64,000 nt of DNA from Anthoceros angustus (lineage: Eukaryota; Plantae; Anthocerotophyta): contig MU008155.1 of assembly GCA_010909165.1 (NCBI GenBank), positions 868,001 to 932,000 of the forward strand. The letters are read 5' to 3'. Shown here in pieces: positions 12,001-25,559 of the stretch (position 1 is the stretch's first letter; each line of letters starts with the position of its first letter). The position numbers were made by a program, and so were the translations under genes. The notes beneath the pieces are model-generated. The model made no database searches. It was not told the DNA's origin and worked only from the letters and a program-made list of their open reading frames with translations.

Positions 12001-14929
12001 CGCCAGGTGACGGCCATGTATGGGGAGGGTGGAGGCCGTTGGGATCAGATGGAGTGACGACGCCGATGGAGGGCAGGAACAAGGTGTGTGGAGGGCAGCA
12101 TGAGTCGGGTGGTGGAGCACGGAGGGGCAACCGAATCATCAGAAGAAACACACTTGTGTGCACTATGGACAGCCAAAAAATCGCAGGGGGACTAGGAGGA
12201 GCGGGTGGCGGAGGACGGACAGTAGTGGATCACCCACAGCCCATGGTCAAAAGGCCAGAACGAACATGAGGCAGATGTCGAGGGGGAGAGAGAATGAAGG
12301 AGGACTAAGAGGGCAACATGCAGGTGCAGTTGATATCAGCAAAGGCCAATGCACAGATGGAGGCCAGGGGGGGACAGGACGTGGGGGGGACGCTGCAGAG
12401 AACATGGACGCAGCAGGAGGAGGCGAGTCTTGAAGAGGACGATGTGCCTAATTTCGTGCAGACACATACCTTGTGCCTGGATGCCGAGAGCATGGACTGC
12501 ATAGTGGAGCCCAGTTGAGGCAACGCCACCGTGATAAAGGGTGGAGGCCGAAGAGGAAAACGGGAGGAGGAGTAGAGGAGGCACGGTGGGCAAGTGACAA
12601 GGGCACGGCTGTACCGGAAGAAGGAGGACGGAAGAGGAAAATGTCCAAAGAAGAAGGGCGTAAGAAAAGAGGAGGGACCGGAGGGAAGGTAAGGCAAATG
12701 GACAATGGTCGTGGAAACCCATTAACGCTGGATAACTCATGACGGCCATGCTGGTTTGTATGTGCAATGTGCCCGCAGAAGGCGGGGAAGCGGAGGAAGT
12801 GGCAAAGCTTGCTCAATGGCCAAACATGGATCATTGGAAAGTCCGAGCTGGGAATTGGTGAAGGAGCTGAGCTTGGCTTCCATGGAGAAGCGGTGGAATT
12901 ACGTGAACTTGGACCGTCAGAGTGCGTCGCCACCAAGGACAAGCAGTCAGGCGAGGGAATTAGAGCGAAGCCGCATGCCCGAATTGGTTAGGAGAGTGTA
13001 TGGGGAGGAGGAGGCGGTGGTTTGGTGATGGAACTGCCCAAGAGGAGAAGAAGCAGCCCGCCTCGTTAAGGCGGGCGAATGGGAACTCAACGGTCGGTCG
13101 ACGCGAGATTTGGCAACAGCTTGATGGGTCTCGCGATATTCTGTGTTTCGCAGACAAGAAGTGTGATTATTTGTCTCGACCACTTGCCGCCGCTCTCCAC
13201 GGTCAAGTAAAATCGATTGGGGACACTTCTCTTGCGTGAAGAGTTGAACTCGATTTCAACTACCCTCGACCCTCTAATTTCACCATTTCGGTCCGCCAGA
13301 GGGGCGAGGACCATGGGACTTGAACGGGGAAAGGCGGCGATGAACAAGGAGCGGGAAGTGGAGACTATGAGAAATTTTGAGGAAGCATGCAGAGGGAGGA
13401 GGGGGAACCGAGTGAAAGCAGGGATATTGTGGTGCCCGCGACACCACGATCGCCTAGGGTTGGTGGAAGCCGCATGCCCGGATTGGGGTCAATGGAGGCA
13501 GGCAACGAATGTCGTGGGCAGCAAGCAAATAATGGAAAAGAGGTGGAGGGTGCCCGAGACCGCCAGTGACGGCCATGTATGGGGAGGGTGGAGGCCGTTG
13601 GGATCAGATGGAGTGACGACGCTGGATGGAGGGCGGAACAAGGTGTGTGGAGGGCGTGGAGTCGGGTGGTGGAGCACGGAGGGGCAATCGAACTGTGAAG
13701 AAGAAACACTTGTGTGCACTATGGACAGCCAAAAATCGCAGGGGACTAGGAGGAGGCGGAGGACTGACAAGAGTGGATCACCCAGCAGAACCATGGTCTG
13801 GGCAAAAGGCGCAACGAATAACATGAGGCGTATGTCGAGGGGAGAGAGAATGAAGGAGGACTAAGAGGGCAACATGTGTGCTGATATCAGGGCTGGGCCG
13901 GCTGGAGGCCGGGGACAGACGGGGAACATGGACGCAGCAGGAGGCAAAATGTGTCAAGAGGACGTCCCTAATTTCGTGCTGCACACATACCTTGCAGCCT
14001 GGATGCCGAGAGCATGGACTGCATAGTGGAGCCCCAGCTGAGGCAACGCCACTGTGATAAAGGGTGGAGGCCGAAGAGGAAAACGGGAGGAGGAGTAGAG
14101 GAGGCGGTGGGCAAGTGACAAGGGCACGGCCGACAAGAAGAAGGAGGACGGAAGAGGAAAATGTCCAAGAAGGGCGTAAGAAAAGAGGAGGGACCGGAGG
14201 GAAGGTAAGGCAAATGGACGGGAACCCATTAACGCTGGATAACTCATGATGGCCATGCTGGTTTGTATGTGCAACGTGTGCCTGCAGAAGGCAGGGAGGG
14301 AAGCGGAGGAAGTGGCAAAGCTTGCCTCAGCCGAACGCAAGCGGGAGGGGAAGAAGAAAATTGCGAATCGAACGGGAGGGCGGAAGTTTCCTGTAGGTGC
14401 ATACGATGACGAGTAGGAAGTGCCTTACATGGAGGCAGAAAAGCATAAGCCAGCGCATACCAAATCTCCTCCGCACAACACAATCTTGTAGGGGCATAAC
14501 CTCACAGTGATGCGTCACAATAAGGTGATAGGTGGGGACAATATCTTCTTGGGCGCTATGACAGGAAGCCGATGGCTATTGTTGACGTAAGAAGGACAAA
14601 CCGCAAGCTGGCATGCTATAAAGTAGGGGTATAAAGGGCCGTCGCTATTTACACGTATAGTAAATACAAAGTATCGTATCATGAATATGTATGCATCAAA
14701 AGGTACGTATGTAATATAATATACAAACTTATTTTATATGAAATTGAATACGCAGATAGCACTTAGAATAATACATTACATTTATCACCGTAGACTACAT
14801 GCGTATAGTACAAGGATGTATTGATACATGTATTTGTATATGGTCGTATTGAAGGCGACGGTAACTACCAAGTAAAACGTGGTATTTCAAAGGGCAAAAG
14901 TAAAAGGGCAATGGTGGATGGGAGGAGGT

Positions 14930-15218
14930 TCGGTACCAAGCCTCCAAAAGTGTTACAAGACCTCTCTTGTAACACTTTAGATGTTGCAATCATGTTGCAA
15001 TTTTGAGAGAGGGCAAAACCACCTCTCACTTCATCTTAACATAATTGCAACACCATTGCAACATGATTGCAACAACAGCCGTGGTATGGTTTCCAAGCCA
15101 AAGTGTAAGAAGGGGCCCAAAAAGTGTTACATGACCCCAAAATTGCAACATGAGTGTTACATCCAGGGGTCCAAATCTTAACATAAAGTGTAACATAGGG
15201 TGCCCATTTCTAGTAGGG
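14930..15218. mobile_element. Possible CACTA/EnSpm element terminus with subterminal repeats
   Basis: 15207-15218 reverse-complements to CCCTACTAGAAA, one mismatch from CACTACTAGAAA. Dense direct and inverted AAAGTGTTACA / ATGTTGCAAT motifs lie just inside, and the gag of B resumes abruptly at 15219. Confidence 0.4.
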
Positions 15219-16169
15219 TTGCCCCTCCGCGTCTCGCCAGGGGAATGGTGACTTTGAAAGGCTGTGTGTGGATTGCAAGCAATCAGGTCATGTATCGGGC
15301 AGCGTCCTCTGTCAGACACCGAAAAAACATGTGAGGATTGCTCAACCCCGTTTGACCACCCACCCATGACAAAGCCCGTTACCGTGATGCAAGTCGAAGA
15401 TCGCTCATGGTATGGGAGGATTCCGAGGTCGGTATCTTGGGGAGAAAGGTTTGGGGATATGGATAGTGGGTATTATGAAACTCCTGCCATGGCCGTTCGA
15501 ACACGGAGCGGCGAGAGGAAGGCGGACACCCTAAGAAGGGGGGAACGGGGGAAGAAGAGAAAGAAGGAAGGATTGGGAGCCCCCACAACATCGGCGAGTG
15601 AGGAGGAAGTTGCGTCTTCATCAGGCGAGGAAGGAAAGGGGGTCCAGCCACAAAATGCCAACGAAGGACTCGGTGAACCCGTGAGGACAAAAGGAGGCAT
15701 GCGAATCCAGTGGGAGGCGAGCCTAACGTCACACCCAACGCAAAAATTGCGATTTTGGGGGGCACCACAGATATAACTCCTTAGCACCAACTCGATTCGA
15801 GAGGTGGCGTCTTGGAGAAAGACAAATGAGGAAGTGGAACTCAAGTCGACACATCTGGCGAAAAACCCGCGGGAGAGAAAGAAGGATGAGTTGGCGTTTC
15901 CGCCAGATGTCAGAGGGGAAGTTATGGAGATGATCCGAGAGGAACGGAATAAGAAGCCACACCTCAAATCTACCACCAACCTGCTACCGGGCCATCTGAC
16001 GACCATGACACTGGAGGAGCTACCGCGGTTGTTGAAACGAGAGTGGGGGTTGGCACGGAGAAGGGGAAGACACAGCCAAGTGTCCCTTTCAACCTGGCGG
16101 AAGCTATCATGGACCAAAAGTTCATGATAACGTTCGGACAGCTCCTCAGGGACAATCCCGGTACCGCCA
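15219..16169 (+). pseudogene. Gag C-terminal part of element B
   Basis: Zinc knuckle CVDCKQSGHVSGSVLC (~15264) and CEDC..DH; ends FNLAEAIMDQKFMITFGQLL, the typical gag-protease linker, cut by insertion C. Confidence 0.7.
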
Positions 16170-19100
16170 TGTGGAACGCAAAAGTTTGGGCAACCAGCCC
16201 AAAAGAGCCCGAAGACGAACAAGTTTGATTTTTTTTGGCTAGGAACGATTGAAGAGGAGCATGCAGAAATTTTCGAGAATCTTGAAAGGAGTTGTAGGAT
16301 ATTGTTAGGAAGGCGAAGAGGATATCCGAGGAAGAAGAACGGGTCAAAACGACCCCGTGCAAGGCGTAATGGCAGTCCGAAGGGCGGTAGGGGCAGAGAC
16401 TACGCCGTGAGGCTGCCACACTACGAGGTGGCGGAACTAAGGGTGGTGGCGACAAAAGGGAAATTAGGATAGGGAGATATCCACTATATATGCCCACCAA
16501 TAGTGGACTAGATAAATGGGTCAGAATAGGAAATTAAAAGCTAGATTGGGCCGTTAGGAAACTAGGGGGAATAGTATCTTAGTATAAGAGGAATTGGGAA
16601 ACTCCAATCAACTGTGGAAAAGGTGCCACGTGGTGCATATCCAAGGGCAGAGTAGATTGGTAGTTACCATTCCTAACCCCCAAGTTATCTTTATAATCTG
16701 CTGCATGTGTGTAGGAGGTCACAACTTGAAGGTGAGGAAGCGCCAACACTGCAGGAAGGCGCCGCCACACCAAGAGCTCTAGAAGAGCCCCACATAGTGC
16801 GATGTACGTGCGCCTGTGCAGGGATAGAGAAGAGGGGCGCGAGCTAGGCAGCAGAGGAGGAAAATAGGCAAGACAAGTAGGGGTGCAACAAGAGAAGAAG
16901 AAGGAAGGAAAGGGCCGGGGTGGAAGGAAGAAGGCAATGCTTGCCCAAGCCCAAAGGAGTGTTGGGAAGAGCAAGGCATGTCAAAATTGAAGAGAAATTG
17001 CGGAGAAGGGACTCTCAACTTGCTGGAGAAGATGTAAGAATCCGTGAACCTTAGAGAATTCCTTCTTCAAATCACAGAATTGGAAACTCGTATGGAAAAG
17101 CAAGGGTATAAGAGCTAGGGGAACTATGAGCATTAAGGGCGAGGTCAAGGCCGGGGTGTGTGTGTGGAAATTGCAAGGAGCTGGAAGGTTCTTGGCATCC
17201 ATTCGAGATTGTCCATCTCAGGCCAAGCATGGAAAGACCATTGCCTTTTACACTGAGGACAAGCATCGTCAAGCTGCAATCAAGGCTGGAGGACTCTGAA
17301 GGAAGAGGAGGAAGCGGTGGTAGGGGGTTCTTGCGAGGAGGAGGAAACCTCCATGAGCGAGCCCCAGAGGAGCTCAAGAGATGCAGGCCGGATAGGGCCA
17401 AATGGTGTATAGGGAGACGCCTACCATGGTAGGTGCACACCCTACCGTGATAGGAACAACACGTACAGGGTGAGTGGGTACCCACTATAGCCCGGGTACC
17501 CAAAGAGTAGGTAGGCAGCCACGTAGGTAGGCAGCCTCGTTGGTAGGTAGGCAGCCACGCAGGAAGGGAATTGGAGTGCCTAGCACATGTTGCGGTGAAG
17601 GCCACAAGGCGAAGGATGAAGAAGATAGAGAAGAGAGCTGGAGTTATGGTGCACCAATGCTAGTCATTTGCAAGAGGAGGCCATGGCGTCAAGCATGTGG
17701 AAGTACTTGCAAGAGTAATGATGTGAGGATGGCATGATAGGGCCGTGTCTTGAACTAGGAGGCCATGGTAGAGCTCTCATGGCAAGCTGAATTTACTGGC
17801 TGCAAGATGGAGGTGGCTGGCCACGAAGGTATTGCGATGGGCTGCAATATGGTGAAGGAATCGCAATGGGGTGTGCATCATGAAGGCAAAATTCGCAGTT
17901 GGGCTGCAAGTAGGTGTGAAGGGAGGTCGTTGTGGTGGCCGCGAGGAGAATTGGGCAGCAAGGTAGGCTGATTCGAGAGTTGGTCAAGGAGTTCACTAAG
18001 GAGAAATGTAGAGAAGAGCTTGGTGAGGAGTTCAATAATGAATGATTAAAATGTATGTGGCAAGACATGCACAGGGAACTTGGTGTGTTGGATATGTGGA
18101 TATAAGAACTCCAGAGTTAAGCGTCCTTTGGGCGGATCAGTACTCGGATGGGGTGCCTTTTGTGTGAGGAGTATGAGCTTATATTTGCAAAAGACACACG
18201 GGAGCTGATTGGGAAAGTTCTTAGTAGGGAGTTGCAGGCGCAGCCCGGCGCACGGGTTTTGGAGGCCGAGGATTGAGCTCTTTCCTTGGGTTTTGCTGGG
18301 TAGGATGGACTCTATGGGAGCGCCTAGGGCCAAGGAGATGCAGGGAATGTTGCTCTTGCACAAGAGCGAAGGATGAAGAAGAGAGGAGTTATGGTGCACC
18401 AATGCTAGTCATTTGCAAGAGGAGGCCATGGCGGTCAAGCATGTGGAAGTACTTGCGGTGGAGTAATGATGTGAGGATGGCATGATAGGGCCGTGTCGAA
18501 CTAGGAGGCCATGGTAGAGCTCTCATGGCAAACAATTTTGGGCTGCAAGATGGAGGTGGCACACAGAAGGTGTGCGGATGGGCTGCAATATGGTGAAGGA
18601 AGCAATGGGGTGTGCATCATGAAGGCAAAATTGCAGCTGGGCTGCAAGTAGGTGTGAAGGGTCGTTGTGGTGGCGAGGAGAATTGGGCAGCAAGGTAGGC
18701 TGATTCGAGAGTTGGTCAAGGAGTTCGCTAAGGAGGAATGTGGAGAAGGAGCTTGGTGAGGAGTTCAATAATGAATGAGCAAAATGTATGTGTGGCAAAG
18801 ATGCACAAGGAACTTGGTGTGTTGGATATGTGGATATAAGAACTCGAGTTAAGCGTCCTTTGGGCGGATCAGACTCGGATGGGGTGCCTTTTGTGTGAGT
18901 ATGAGCTTATATTTGCAAAAGACACGGGAGCTGATTGGGAAAGTTCTTAGTAGGGAGTTGCAGTGGCCAGATTTTGGAGGCTGAGGATTGAGCTTTTCCT
19001 TGGGTTTTTTGGGTAGGATGGTCTCTATGGGAGCGCCTAGGGCCAAGGAGATGCAGGAATGTTGCTCTTGCACAAGAGTCAAGGATTGATGACTTAAGAG

Positions 19101-20247
19101 CCTTCTTGGTGCAAACCAACTAGGGTCTTGAATTTGTGCAAGATGGATGGAAAGGATCCTTAGATTCATGGTGGGGATTGATGGCTACGATAGAAATTAG
19201 AGGTTATGGCTGGCTGTGCTAAATAATGGATGGGATATGGCCACATGCTTGCAGCAACCACTCAAATCTATGGCTGCAATTTAGGAGCTCTGTCGCTATA
19301 ATTGTCGCATGAGAAGACTGGAGCGCTATCTAAAAGTGCAGGGAGGGAAGTGAGCTAGAGCTTGTGTGTGCGCCCTCTGCCTGTGTGTGTGCCTTCTTAA
19401 GAGTGATGCCGCCATCTCCTCTTGGTGTTCTCTTTTCTTGTGGCACCAATTTCTTGGGTCTTGGTGTGCCTTGGCTGGGTTTTGAGAGTGAATTTCTTCT
19501 AAGAGGGGATGTCCTTAGTGTTCTTGGTGCTTAGCTTGGTGTTTGTTCTCCTCATGGGATTGCTAAGAGCCAAGCAAGGATGAGGCTGGTTCGAGGAAGC
19601 TGTGTGGATGCCGTGAAGGGTTTCAAGGCCAAGAAACCCCAACTCATGAAGCATGGTGGTAGTTTGGAGTGTAAACCCATTGCCAAAAATATTGGGCGAT
19701 GGCATGGTGTGTGGAGGCCTACAATAATTGTGAAGAGGAGGATGCTTGGGCCACACGATGATGATAGGGAGGCCCTCGTGCAGATTAAGCCGGGGCCTTA
19801 GATTTTGATGAGGTCACAAGCGATATGGACTCGAGGAGTTTGGAGAAGAAATGGCGAGAGGAGCCCATAGTGCCATAAGGAAAGCGGGAGGAAGAAGGCA
19901 ACCTACACGGTGGGGAGGCACCACGCCGTGGGGAGGCGACCTCAGTAGGAGGCAGCCTACCGCCAGGCGGCAGCCACCGTGGCGGGCGAGGCGTGGTCCG
20001 CGTGGGTCTGTCGAAGGAGGCAATGGATGCAAGGGCTATTGAGGGGAGAGCGATGGTAGGGAGGCAAGTACTTTGGCCCCCACAGAGATGTTAAGGAGGA
20101 GGTTGTCTCCCTAGGAGAATGAAAAATCACAAAGAGGAGCTCAACCTACCAACATAAGTGCGAGAAGGAGGTCACTTGTTCCACAAGTGAAGGAGAGGAG
20201 GATGAGTCCTCGCGCCAAAGGAAGGAGATGGCGCAGGAGCAAGGTAG

Positions 20248-20335
20248 GGGTCACCCTACCACGGTGAGTGACCACCCTACCACGGTGAGTGACCACCCTA
20301 CCACGGTGAGTGACCACCCTACCACGGTAGGGTCA
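20248..20335 (+). repeat. 21-bp tandem repeat (GACCACCCTACCACGGTGAGT, ~4 units) in the 5' LTR of C
   Basis: Read directly from the sequence; only ~2 units at the equivalent 3' LTR site (33404-33445). Confidence 0.9.
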
Positions 20336-23320
20336 CCCAAGGAGGTTGTATGTGGAAGGCGGGAAGGTACTGCCCCAAAGGTCGGGATGAAAGGGAGGTG
20401 GTGCCCCAAAGGTGGAAGGGGCGGGAAGGTAATTGCCCCAAAGGAGGAGGAGGTTGTATGTGGAAGGCCTCCTATAAGAGGAGGATGAGGAGATGAGAAG
20501 ACCAAAAGGGAAGACCAGCAAAAGGGGATGAGAAGACCAATCAAGGGAACCCGCCGCCACCCCAAAGCAAGATAAGGACTAAGAATGGTCAAGACCATAA
20601 ATGAGGGAAGGAATAATAGAAAGGATAGGTGGCGTCCCGGCATCCTTTAAGGATGATCTTAGTGAAGTTGCTAGAATAGAATTTACCAAGGACAGATAGA
20701 CTTAGATGCCAGTCTTAAATCGGCGGTAGGAAATGATAAAATATTGGAAAAGGTGACTAAAGGGTCACCCAAGGAGGTTGTATGTGGAAGGCCTCCTATA
20801 AGAGGAGGAGGATTTCACAAAGTAAAGTATCATGTCTTGCGCCCACGCTCATCGAGTCCTTTGCCATTACAGAGGAATTTCGTGTGAGCCAATGTTGTAG
20901 TGGGAAGAAGGGAGGTGCCACAGGCGAAGGGGCGGGAGGTGGTGCCCCAAGGTCGAGAAGGGGAGGAGGGGTGCCCCAAAAGTCAAGGGCGGGTGCCCCA
21001 AAAGTCATGAGGGGTCGAGGTCAAGACCAGCAGCAAAAGGGAAGACCAGCAAAAGGGGATGAGAAGACCAATCGGAGGAAGAGGATGAGTCCTCGGCGCC
21101 AAAGGAAGGAGATAAGAAGGTCAGACCATAAATGAGGAGGAGGAATAATAGAAAGGATAGGTGGCGTGAGACATCCTTTAAGGATGATGAGGTGAAGTTG
21201 CTAGAATAGAATTTACCAAGGACAATAGACTTAGATGCCGTCTTTGTAGGAAATAAAATATTGGAAAAGGTGACTGCGGTAGGGTCACCCAAGGAGGTAT
21301 GTGGAAGGCCTCCTATAAGAGGAGGATTTCACAAAGTAAAGTATCATGTCTTGCGCTTCCACTCATCGAGTCCTTTGCCATTCTGAGGAGGAATTTCGTG
21401 TGAGCCAACACGGTCAGTAGAGAGGAAGTCGCGGTGGTGCTTGGTGGAGGACTTGCTGGTGCAAGTGCCTAAACGAGTTGCTCCCTTGTGAATGGTTCTT
21501 TGTGAAATTGCTTTGCTTTGGGTGTGTGGCAAATGCGGAGAACTCTCGGCTTGAGGGTAGACTACAGGAAAGACTCCTGGAGGTTCTCGGTCACAGTGTC
21601 AAACTCATAGCAACCGCCCAAGGAAGAACTTGCTGGTGGAGGCGGACCCAGGCGGTTGTGCCGTAAGGGCGAGTCAAGCGTGAAGGCGAGGTTAGAATAG
21701 GAGGAAGAGGATGAGAAGATGAGAAGATGAGTAGAGGATTAGAGGTGTAGGTGTTAGTGGAAGGCCAGGCAGCCTAAGGGACGAATCCCAAATCTGCAAG
21801 TAAAAGAGCGCTCGAGTGGAGAAGTTTGGTCTTAGAAGTAGGGACGAAATCGCGGTGTGAGTGGGGTCCTGGGCGCCTGGTAGGCTCCTTGTCGAGGACA
21901 CCTGGTGTGTTGTGTCGTTGTAGGTGTTTGGTCTTAGAAGTAGGGACGAATCGGGTGTGTGGCAAATGCCGGAGAACTCTCGGCTTGAGGGTAGACTACA
22001 GGAAAGACTCCTGGAGGTTCTCATTGTCAGTGTCAAACTCATAGCAACCGCCCAAGGAAGAACTTGCTGGTGGAGGCGGACCCAGGCGGTTGTGCGTAAG
22101 GCGAGTCAAGCGTGAAGGCGAGGTTAGAATAGGAGGAAGAGGATGAGAAGACCAAAAGGGAACCCGCCGCCACCCCAAAGCAAGATAAGGACCGAGAATT
22201 GTCAATGACCATAAATGAGCTTTGGGGAATGGGAAGGATAGGTGTAAACATTAAAGAGTGGCCATAGGTGAAGTTGCTAGAATAGAATTTACCTAGGATC
22301 GATAGACTTAGATGCCTTAAATGTCAAGGAAGGATAATATTGGTGACTGCAGAGGGTCACCCAAGGGAGGTTGTATGGAAGGCCTCCTATAAGAGGAGGA
22401 GGATTTCACAAAGTAAAGTATCATGTCTTGCGCCACGCCATCGAGTCCTTTGCCATTACAGAGGAATTTCGTCACTGTGAGCCAACAGTCTGTAGAGAGG
22501 AAGTCATGGTGGTCTGAGTGCTTGGTGGAGGACTTGCTCGCAAGTGCCTAAACGAGTTGCTCCTTGTGAATGGTTGTGAAATTGCTTTGCTTTGGGTGTG
22601 TGGCAAATGCCCAGAGAACTCTCGGCTTGAGGGTAGACTACAGGGAAAGACTCCCTGGAGGTTCTCGCTGTCTGGTGTCAAACTCATAGCAACCGGCCCA
22701 AGGAAGAACTTGCTGGTGGAGGCGGACCCCAGGCAGTTGTGCCGTAAGGGCGAGTCGAAACCAGTAAGCCCGAACTGAGGTTAGACTAGGAGGAAGAGGA
22801 TGAGGAGATGAGAAGATGAGTAGAGGATTAGAGGTGTAGGTGTTAGTGGAAGGCCACAGGCAGAGCCTAAGGGACGAATCCCAAATCTGCAAGTAAAAGA
22901 GCGCTCCCTGAGTGGAGAAGTTTGGTCTTAGAAGTAGGGACGAAATCGCGGTGTGAGTGGGGTCCTGGGCGCCTGGTAGGCTCCTTGTCGAGGACACCTG
23001 GTGTGTTGTGTCGTTGTAGGTGTTTGGTCTTAGAAGTAGGGACGAATCGCGGTGTGAGTGGGGTCCCCTGGGCGCCTGGTAGGCTCCTTCTTGAGGCGGG
23101 ACCGTGTTTTGTCGTTGTGGGTCGAGGGTTGGCGATTTTCCGGCAAGCGGTGCACTGAGGGGAGGAGAGTGGGCGCCTTGCTTGTTGAGAAGGTGAGGTT
23201 GTGCGATTGGTGACCACAAGGCCTCGAACTTTCACACAAGTCTCATGGGAAACGCGGCGATGGGATAAGTGTGGCCGCTATAGTGGAGGACCTGAGTGCC
23301 CATTCTCCCTACCACATTTT

Positions 23321-23333
23321 TGGCGCTGTCGGG
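23321..23333 (+). promoter_or_regulatory. Primer-binding site of C, degenerate tRNA-Asp type (second copy 24609-24621)
   Basis: ...CTACCACA TTTT TGGCGCTGTCGGG resembles the Athila Asp PBS TTTTTGGCGCCGTTGCCGGG. Confidence 0.7.
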
Positions 23334-25559
23334 ACTTGTTGCTGAAAGTTTGAAGTTTTGTGGTTTCCATCGCTAGGCTGTAGAATGCTTGAGAAGGGAT
23401 TGAGAAGTGACCATATGTTGTAAAGAAGGAGCTTCACGCCCTCTAACTGTCGTAGGGGTGAGCGGATGAGACACTAAAGGGTGTGGGTTGTTTCCTTCTT
23501 AACAACTGTGGGTTGGAGGTCATGAGGATGCTTGCAGATGTCTAGTTGGGGGAGGGGAAGGAAGTAATTTACGTGTAGAGAGCAGATCGCCCCTACCTTT
23601 GTCTGCAAAGGATTTGTGAGCTGAACGGAGAAATCATGTGTGTGAAGAAAGCTTAGTTGCTGCTGCACAATGTGCAAAGGAAGAAGCGGAGGAGAGCTCA
23701 TGAGCTACATGTGCTAACATCTTCGTGGGGTTCCGTTGAGGAAGAAGAGGTAGTTGTCTAAGAGCAGGAGGAGGTTGTGCTCACGGACGAGAGGAAGGAG
23801 GTTGTTACCGAGGAGTTCGATTAAGGGTGAGGGTCAAGAATCCGAGCCTGGTTAGTAATTTCAAGTACATCTTCGTTCCGCAAGAGGAGGACTTTTCGGC
23901 GTGGATTGTTGAGCTCTTCTAGCTCGAGTTGGTTGTCGTAAGAGGAGGAAGGCAAGAGGGTGAGATTTGGCGTGGAGAAGTTGGGGTACGAGATCTAATG
24001 GCCGAGCCACAAGGTCTTGCTCAATTATTGCCCAACTTGCTGCCCTTTCAACCCCGATTGCTAGGAGGAAGAGGATGAGGAGATGAGAAGATGAGTAGAG
24101 GATTAGAGGTGTAGGTGTTAGTGGAAGGCCAAGCAGAGCCTAAGGGACGAATCCCAACTGCAAGTAAAAGAGCGCCTCCCGAGTGGAGAAGAGTGGTCTT
24201 AGAAGTAGGGACGAATCGCGGTGTGAACGGGGTCCGGGCGCCTGGTAGGCTCCTTGTCACGAGGTGACCCGCAATTGTGTTGTGTCGTTGTAGGTCAGTT
24301 TGGTCTTAGAAGTAGGGACGAAATGTGTGAACGGGGTCCTGGGCGCCTGGTAGGCTCCGGCGACCCGCAATTGTTTTGTGTCGGGGTCGAGGGTTGGCGA
24401 TTTTCGGGCAAAGGCAAGCGGTGCAGCCGAGAGAGGGAGAGTAGGGCGCCTTGCTTGTTGAGAAGGTCGAGTTGTGCAGTAGCGATTGGTGACCACAAGG
24501 CCTCGAACTTTCACACAAGTCTCATGGGACGAAACCCAACGCACGTGGGATAAGTGTGGCCGCTATAGTGGAGGACCTGGAGTGCCCTGATTCTCCCTAC
24601 CACATTTTTGGCGCTGTCGGGACTTGTTGAAGTTTGAAGTTTTGTGGTTTCCAGCTGTAGAATGCTTGAGAAGGGACCGAGGGACCATATGTTGTGAAGA
24701 AGGAACTTCACCGCCTAAGTTGTCATAGGGGTGAATGGGTGAGACACTAAGGGTGTGATTTGCTTCCTTCTTAACGATCGCGTGGGTTGGAGGTCATGAG
24801 GATGCTTGCATGTCTAGTTGGGGAGGAAGGAAGTAATTTACGTGTAGAGAGCAGATCGCCCGCTTTGTCTGCAAAGGATTTGTGAGCTGAACGGAGAAAT
24901 CATGTGTGAAGAAAGTTTAGTTGCCGCACAATGTGCAAAGGAAGAAACGGAGGAGAGCTCTTGGAGGAAGCTACATGTGCTAACATCTTCGTGGGTTCCG
25001 TTGAGGAAGAAGAGGTAGTTGTCTAAGAGCAGGAGGAGGTTGTGCTCACGGACGAGAGGAAGGAGGTTGTTACCGAGGAGTTGCCGATTAAGGGTGAGGG
25101 TCAAGAATCCGAGCCGGTTAGTAATTTCAAGTACATCTTCCTCGCAAGAGGAGGACTTTTCGTGGATTGTTGAGCTCTTCTAGCTCGAGTTGGTTGTAAG
25201 AGGAGGAAGGCAAGAGGGTGAGATTTGGCGGAGAAGTTGGGGTACGAGATCTAATGGCCGAGCCACAAGGTCTTGCTCAATTATTGCCCAACTTGCTGCC
25301 CTTTCAACCCCGATTGCTAGGGAGGACTGAGGCGCTTGTGTGCCCAAGTCTGTCTGACATCCCGCTTGCAGCATTGTTCTTGCCCGATGTGCGGGGGTTT
25401 CTTGGGATGTGTGCCCACAATTTTGTGGACGCCCTCGACCATGAGTGGAGGAAGTAGAGGTGGTGGGGTCGGTCACCCCACACCAGTGACGAGTGAGATT
25501 TGGGGAGAAGCAACAAGGTGAAGATGCCGAGGCTTTGTGGAAACTTTTGAACATGTGAC

